Shown here one piece after another: positions 52,423 to 58,101 of a stretch of DNA of 58,101 bases. This stretch comes from an uncultured delta proteobacterium (lineage in GTDB: Bacteria; Desulfobacterota; Binatia; UBA9968), in the NCBI GenBank assembly GCA_963804165.1, contig CAWDPO010000018.1, positions 1 through 58,101 of the forward strand, in the 5' to 3' direction. Made by a program: the position numbers and the translations under genes. The notes beneath the pieces were generated by a model that did not search any database, was not told the origin of the DNA, and saw only the letters and a program-made list of their open reading frames with translations. Positions within the stretch are counted from its first letter, which is position 1. The number at the start of each line of letters is the position of its first letter.

Positions 52423-52688
52423 CATCGGATGCAAATCCCGTCGGGAACGCCAAATTTTCATCGGTTGTATAACCCGTAAAAGATTTCCAACTGGAATTCC
52501 GGATTTCAGATTCCAGAAAATTCTGGCGCAGGAAATTCGACCATTGACCAGAAAAGAAAGCCAGACCCCGCTGTCACCGACCCCGCTGCTTGTCCAATGC
52601 CTCGGGTGTGGCTATCAGTCTCGCTTGCATCATGATTCAATGACTTTACTGACGCGCGTACGCCGTCTTGTAATCCCTTGCTTAGGTC

Positions 52689-53399
52689 TTAGCTGGCAGG
52701 CATTTCACGGAAATACTTTTCGCTCAGCATGGCATATTCCAGCCATCGTAGGGTCAAGGAAATGAGTTTCTTAAGATCTTCAACATCATGGCTCTTCCAC
52801 TCACGAGAGTAGTGCGTTTCGTCATTGCCGAGCCAGACTGCCCTCCGGGCACATTCTCTGAGGTACTCTTCCTTCAGATACTCGTTGATGCAGGAGCCGA
52901 GAGGTTTTTTCTGGATGGCGTCTTGGTCCTCGGGATACCGGGAGATAGCATAGTCCTTAACAAGAAATTCGAGTGCTTTACGAAAACCAAGTCCGGTCAA
53001 TTGCGTCAGGCTTAGCGACTCTGCTACTAGCGTCTGCCTATAAATTGACAGAAAATTAGGCGACAAATTTGCAATCTCGGAGCTTACTTCTTTCGCTGGG
53101 AATTCCCTCGGCACTGCGACAAGTAAATCCACCAAATCATAATTCGTTGTATTACCCGTTTCCGCTCGCAACTTATAAACTGCAATATTAACGCGGTTAC
53201 ATGTACCAGTGCACTGGTATGCTTGGTAGACGGTCTCAAAGTTAATTTTTACTTTGTCAGTCGAGTCAGATAAAGCGACCGGATACGGCAATAGGCGAGA
53301 ACCACACAGAGCGCAAATGTCAGGTACAGGTAAAAAACCGGGGGCCTCTCTTCCTGATAGTCCGTGTATAGCAATCTGCTTTAAGGAATCTCTGAACAA
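52689..53399 (-). CDS. DUF4145 (HEPN-like) domain protein with N-terminal Cys pairs; native start (ATG 54581) separated by IS5
   Basis: GFRKALEFLVKDYA and WLGNDETHY motifs; CALC and CTGTC upstream. Confidence 0.8.
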   Translation of the reverse strand: MFRDSLKQIAIHGLSGREAPGFLPVPDICALCGSRLLPYPVALSDSTDKVKINFETVYQAYQCTGTCNRVNIAVYKLRAETGNTTNYDLVDLLVAVPREFPAKEVSSEIANLSPNFLSIYRQTLVAESLSLTQLTGLGFRKALEFLVKDYAISRYPEDQDAIQKKPLGSCINEYLKEEYLRECARRAVWLGNDETHYSREWKSHDVEDLKKLISLTLRWLEYAMLSEKYFREMPAS

Positions 53400-54571
53400 G
53401 CCCTTCAGTAATGTCGTCTAATATCGAAAAGCAGCAAGACCGACAATGGTAGAGGAGGAAACAGATTGAAGGAGCAGACAACGTTTGCGAGTTTAGCGTG
53501 GGCGGGAAAGAAAAAGCAGACCAAGCGAGAGAAGTTTTTGTCTGAGATGGATCAAGTGGTGCCGTGGGAGAAATTGCTGGCGTTGATCGAAGCGCACTAT
53601 CCCAAAGCCGGCAGTGGACGGCGACCGATGCCGTTGGAACGGATGCTACGGATATACTTTGTGCAGCAGTGGTACGGGTTGTCCGATCCCGGGATGGAAG
53701 AAGCGTTGTACGACATCGAGTCGGTGCGGCGATTTGCCGGGATAGAGTTGGGGGAAGAAGAAATTCCCGATGAGACCACGATTTTAAACTTTCGCCACTT
53801 ACTGGAAAAGCACCAGTTAACCGAGAAGCTGTTGGAAGAGGTCAACGGGTATTTGAGCGAGAAAAGGCTTTTGCTCAGACAAGGCACGATCGTAGACGCC
53901 ACGCTGATCGGTGCGCCGTCCTCGACCAAGAACAAGGACAAGAAACGCGACGGGGAGATGAGTTCGACCAAGAAGGGCAACAACTACCACTTCGGCATGA
54001 AGGTGCACACGGGAACGGACAGTCAGAGCGGTTTGGTGCACACGGTCAAAGTGACCACGGCCAGTGTGCATGACAAGCAGGAGATGGAAGCGCTCCTTCA
54101 TGGAGAAGAGCAAGCGGTGTTTGCCGACAAGGGTTACTTCAGCGACCAGGATAAGCGCTCAGCGAGAAAGACGGGACTATTCTGGGGCGTGTTGGACAAG
54201 GCCAAGAGCAAAAAGAGCTTGAGCCATAAGCAGCGGCGCAGAAACAGAAAACTGTCCAGTATACGGGCCAAGGTGGAGCATCCGTTTCGGGTGGTCAAGC
54301 GCCAGTTCGGCTACATCAAGACCCGGTATCGGGGATTGAAGAAAAACGCGGCACAGATCTACACGCTGTTTGCGCTGGCCAATCTGTATCGAGTGCGCCG
54401 TGCTTTGTTGGCGTAGTCCGATGGGGAGGAGCTTGGGCCGTCCACAAACGCATTGAGTGGCCAAGAAATCGAGGCAAACCCCATCCGATGTAATCACCGA
54501 GCCGCTTAGTCAACATGAAACAGTTTTAAATAATCGCCCCCTTCCAAATAACGTAGTTATTCAGAGGTTCC
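53385..54571 (+). mobile_element. IS5 family insertion sequence
   Basis: TIRs GGAATCTCTGAACAA / TTATTCAGAGGTTCC (13/15); TTAA duplicated at 53381-53384 and 54572-54575. Confidence 0.93.
53466..54416 (+). CDS. IS5 family DDE transposase, intact
   Basis: PDETTILNFRH, VDATLI.AP.STKN, FGMK.H, ADKGY, RAKVEHPF, RYRGL.KN. Confidence 0.95.
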   Translation: MKEQTTFASLAWAGKKKQTKREKFLSEMDQVVPWEKLLALIEAHYPKAGSGRRPMPLERMLRIYFVQQWYGLSDPGMEEALYDIESVRRFAGIELGEEEIPDETTILNFRHLLEKHQLTEKLLEEVNGYLSEKRLLLRQGTIVDATLIGAPSSTKNKDKKRDGEMSSTKKGNNYHFGMKVHTGTDSQSGLVHTVKVTTASVHDKQEMEALLHGEEQAVFADKGYFSDQDKRSARKTGLFWGVLDKAKSKKSLSHKQRRRNRKLSSIRAKVEHPFRVVKRQFGYIKTRYRGLKKNAAQIYTLFALANLYRVRRALLA

Positions 54572-55016
54572 TTAAATACATAAGTTCGTTCTCTAGTGGT
54601 GATAAATCATGAATGGAATATCCCCTGACGAGGCAAGACGTGTCAAGTCTGTGGCGAGCCATGGTTCGGAGTTCCTCGCAGTGCGCCGTTCTGAAGGCGA
54701 TATCCAAACTCTCCTGTCTCCACGCTTCCGGCTCCGTGCTGGCGGTTTCCGGTAGTCCGCTTCGCCGCTACCGATTCCGCGGGTCCATCGCTAAGTTTTT
54801 CGGCGTGTGATGTTGTTGCTCACGTGTGCGGAAATTATCCGACAAGGGGCCGGTAGCGGGCTCGTACTTTGATATCTTGCCAATTCTCGTAACCTGAAAC
54901 CTTAGAGTCATATCTCCGCATGCCGCGGCGAGCGTGAATTTCACGTATCCTATGACAGTCGCTGCCGTATAAATATTTTTCTCGACTGAGAGCCATACCG
55001 ATTTGTTGTCGATTCC

Positions 55017-55901
55017 TTACGGCGCATTAGTTGGATCCCAGGAGGTTCGCAGGTTCGCGTTGAATCCATCCAAGATTCGCATGTCCTCGTCGGTAATTTC
55101 AAAGTCGAAGACATCGGCGTTTTCGCGGATGCGATTGGGGTTGGCTGATTTGGGGATCACCACCAATTGGTGTTGGATCGCCCATCGAATCAGGATTTGC
55201 GCCGTGGACTTGTTTCCACGACCGCGGGAGTCGCGCGACAGAAAAGGAAGCTTCGCCTGACGTGCGGGCGGTTGTGGCGACGCTGTGCTGTATTTCTTAG
55301 CTACGGCAATCAGCTTCGGATCGTTCAGCCGCTGTCCCTGGGTCAGTGGACAATAGGCCTCGACGACGATCCCTCGGGCGACGCAGACATCTAATAGGTC
55401 CCGCTGATACAAGTAGGGATGAAACTCGACCTGATTCACCGCCGGGGTGATCTCCGTCTCGGCAAGCAATTCAGTCAAATGTCGGATGGTGAAGTTGCTG
55501 ACGCCGATCGAGCGTGCCCTGCCCTGCTGCTTTAATTTTTCGAAGACGCGCCAACTCTGTCGTCGTTCGCGCACCGGATAGTGGATCAGGTACAGATCGA
55601 CATAATCCAACTTGAGCTTGCGCAGGCTCGCTTCGAGAGCACGCTCAGGGCTTGCGTGATCGTTGTTCCATAATTTCGTGGTTACGAAAATATCCCTCCG
55701 GTCAATGCCGCTCGCCCTGACCGCGGCGCCGACGCTCCCCTCGTTGCCGTAGAAAGATGCCGTGTCGATATGGCGGTAGCCCGCTTCGAAAGCGGTGAGT
55801 ACCGCCGCTTCGCACTTCTTGCCCGCAGAGATCTGCCATACACCCAGGCCCAGTTGAGGGATCGCTCCGCCGTCATTCAATTTTATCTTGGCGCTAATCA
55901 C
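55017..55901 (-). CDS. Aldo/keto reductase
   Basis: GLGVW, GYRHIDTA.FY.NE, TTKLW, DLYLIHYP, IGVSNF, IPKS. Confidence 0.93.
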   Translation of the reverse strand: MISAKIKLNDGGAIPQLGLGVWQISAGKKCEAAVLTAFEAGYRHIDTASFYGNEGSVGAAVRASGIDRRDIFVTTKLWNNDHASPERALEASLRKLKLDYVDLYLIHYPVRERRQSWRVFEKLKQQGRARSIGVSNFTIRHLTELLAETEITPAVNQVEFHPYLYQRDLLDVCVARGIVVEAYCPLTQGQRLNDPKLIAVAKKYSTASPQPPARQAKLPFLSRDSRGRGNKSTAQILIRWAIQHQLVVIPKSANPNRIRENADVFDFEITDEDMRILDGFNANLRTSWDPTNAP

Positions 55902-56390
55902 CAGTCATTTTCCTGCTTATGGAGCGTCGCGCAATAAGGGTCACCGAATCCGATGGTATCAATGAAAACGAATAACAGTCTCAACTCGCGCCGAATGAAT
56001 GCGCTCCGATTCCAGCGGATTTTGCGCATCCAGGCGGGATACTTGCCACCCTTTGTCTTCCATCAAATATTTCACGCTTCGGACGAAGTCGAACGGCGCG
56101 ACCGAGAAATTCTTGGCAAATCTTTTCGCGCTCGCCCGAAACAAAACGCGCACAATGGATTCCCTGACTCGCTTATCATTGCCCGGCCAAGACACCGACC
56201 TTTCCCGCGGATAACACCGCTTCAAATTTCATTGGGGACGCTAAATTTATTTGATGATATTTTCAACCTCTTATACGGGCAAGATCAATAGCGGTTACCC
56301 CACCCGACTACAATTGACCAACCTCCTCGCGCGTCAATGTCTTTCTTGGGGATGGTTGAAATCTCTCGCCTTCAGGTGAAGTGAAAGTTC

Positions 56391-56471
56391 GTCATACCGA
56401 ATGCCGGCATCCGTATTTGATTGGAGTTCGAGGTCAAAAGCCGCCTGGATTCCAGCTTCCGCCGCAATGAC
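56391..56471. repeat. REP-like doublet (GTCAT...ATCC / GGAT...ATGAC)
   Basis: gtcataccgaatgccggcatcc ... ggattccagcttccgccgcaatgac. Confidence 0.6.
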
Positions 56472-56565
56472 CGGAACAATTAGAAAGGAAAGTCAGATCA
56501 TCCCGCTGGAAATTTCAAGGCGGCTGGAGCCGATTTTTCGGTGACTCTGCTTGTAGACCTCGATT

Positions 56566-57852
56566 TTAAGACTTCGCTGAAATTTTAGACCTCCGTATTT
56601 TCGTTTTAACGCACGATCTCGGACTGACCTTGGTCTTGGTATTGGCTTTTTCAGGGCGAATCTCATAGTCGCGTTCTTCTTTAAGCATCTTGTAGATGAT
56701 GCGCGTCAAGTGTCGCCCCAGAGCTCGAATCGCTTGGTTGTGCTTTTTCCCTCGGCTGCGTTTCTTTTCGTAGTATCTTTGCGACTCGGGGACACACTTT
56801 TGCGATGTCGATCCAAGCCGATCATCATCGCGGCTTTGGCTCGAGTGTTCACGTGCTTGGGGACCTTGGTTCCCTGGTATTTTCCCGAACGGTTGTCCAA
56901 CGTGGACATGCCAAGATACAAAGAAAGCTTCCCTCAGAGGCTAAACCGCTCGATGGTGCCGATCTCGCCGGCCAATTCTGAACTGCACACGGCACCAAAC
57001 CCCGGAATCGATCGTAAAATCTTGGCGATCTTGGAGTTCTCAGCAAGCCCTGCGATCTTCGCTTCCAACCGTTTGACCTTCTCATCGAGATCCAGACACC
57101 GCCGGGCATCTTCCTGGATCATCTCGCCGACCCAGTCGACCTCTTCACTAAAGTGAGCATGGCTTCTGCCAGCCCGCTATGATGGCGGCGGTTTTCACTC
57201 CCACGGCCGGGATCTTCAACAGCGTGCTGCCTCTGAGCTGGGCAATCTGTGTCAGACTCTCCGCACTGAGCAGGAAGTTTAAAAACCATTGGTTGCTGGC
57301 ATCGTTGGTGATCTCCAACAATCCTGGACACACCGCTTGCAGATCGGCCTGGAGATTGTTCACCACTCGTACCCGCTCGTTGACCAATCGTCGGCGTCGT
57401 CGAGTCAAGCGCTTGAGAACTTCATTCTCGGCCGGTGTTCCTTTAACTTCCTGCAATACTTCTTTGGCCAAGGGCAGGTGATCCCGTAGTTGAAATAGCT
57501 CCAGTCCCTTTCGGCGTCGATCCGATCGCTCTTGGCGGCTCCAGGGAAGATCTCTTTGAACCGGGCAAACTTTAAGTTGTTGAGATTATAGAGCCGGTAG
57601 CCCCGCCCGCGCACCAAACTGTCCAAGGGCCGGGCATAGCCGTTGTAGCCTTCCATGGCTACCGCTACTGGACTTGCTCTTGGTCTTGTGGTGCTTCTCA
57701 ATGCGGGAAAAGAATTCTTGAAACCCTTCGGGCCGGTGTTCGATCTCGAACTCTTCCAACACCTCGCCGCTCGATAGCCCTATCGCCACACTGTGACGGC
57801 GATAACCCACGTCCACACTGACTCGTAACTCTATAGCTTTTTCTTCTGACAC
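56566..57852 (-). pseudogene. IS110 family DEDD recombinase/transposase, several frameshifts
   Basis: VSVDVG, VAMEG, KSDRIDA, SIPGFG, EIG..RF, LYLG....RSGK, ALGRHL.RIIY across ORF pieces. Confidence 0.88.
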
Positions 57853-58101
57853 GTAGCTCCTCCTTGGTAGATCGAGATTTCATCATCCTTAGGTCTCGTC
57901 TACTTACAGAGCCACGTATTCTGGTGAGAATATGGCACCATCCCGGTCGACCCCTCGGATGATGCAGGTGACGAGGGCGGCATTTCAGACTGGGTGAGCC
58001 CGAATAAACAGGCCACTGACCCCAAGAGCCACACCCTCGTCAAATCTCTTTTACAAGAAACTTTCAGCGCTACCGCTACCTGCTAAATTCCGATGGTAGA
58101 C

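Noticed and set aside
1-58101. Genome-wide UGA reassignment (code 4 or 25)
   Set aside because: Many intact genes end in TGA at their expected C-termini (8003, 30423, 32894, 35998), and long genes lack internal TGA.

Overview
GC-rich bacterial chromosome segment. Its expanded NMT1-type and PF04392-type substrate-binding proteins and its intergenic repeat families resemble Binatota-like soil genomes (inference from memory, not a search result). Many genes carry single-base frameshifts, so the assembly probably has long-read indel errors. 1-33 kb: a membrane-anchored TIR gene, a standalone NRPS A-T didomain, a heme-oxygenase-like diiron enzyme, catabolic enzymes and a Liv-type ABC operon. 33-58 kb: an accessory region with IS1182, a tyrosine recombinase + IS91-like (Y2/HUH) element, IS5, IS110, four PF04392 binding-protein paralogs and many micro-ORFs. 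Two signals stand out. (1) A minus-strand operon (9821-13024) is bracketed by two candidate selenoprotein genes that the ORF track splits or misses: a DUF411 protein with U-D-C-C in place of C-G-C-C, and a 73-aa protein with a U-x-x-x-U motif. Each is followed by a SECIS-like hairpin. (2) An integron-like cassette architecture: a repeated ~67-bp site (GATTGAACTGA...G|TTCAGTTCAATC) delimits binding-protein genes, and the recombinase-Y2 element, which has its own attC-like end, appears inserted at the G|TT of one copy.
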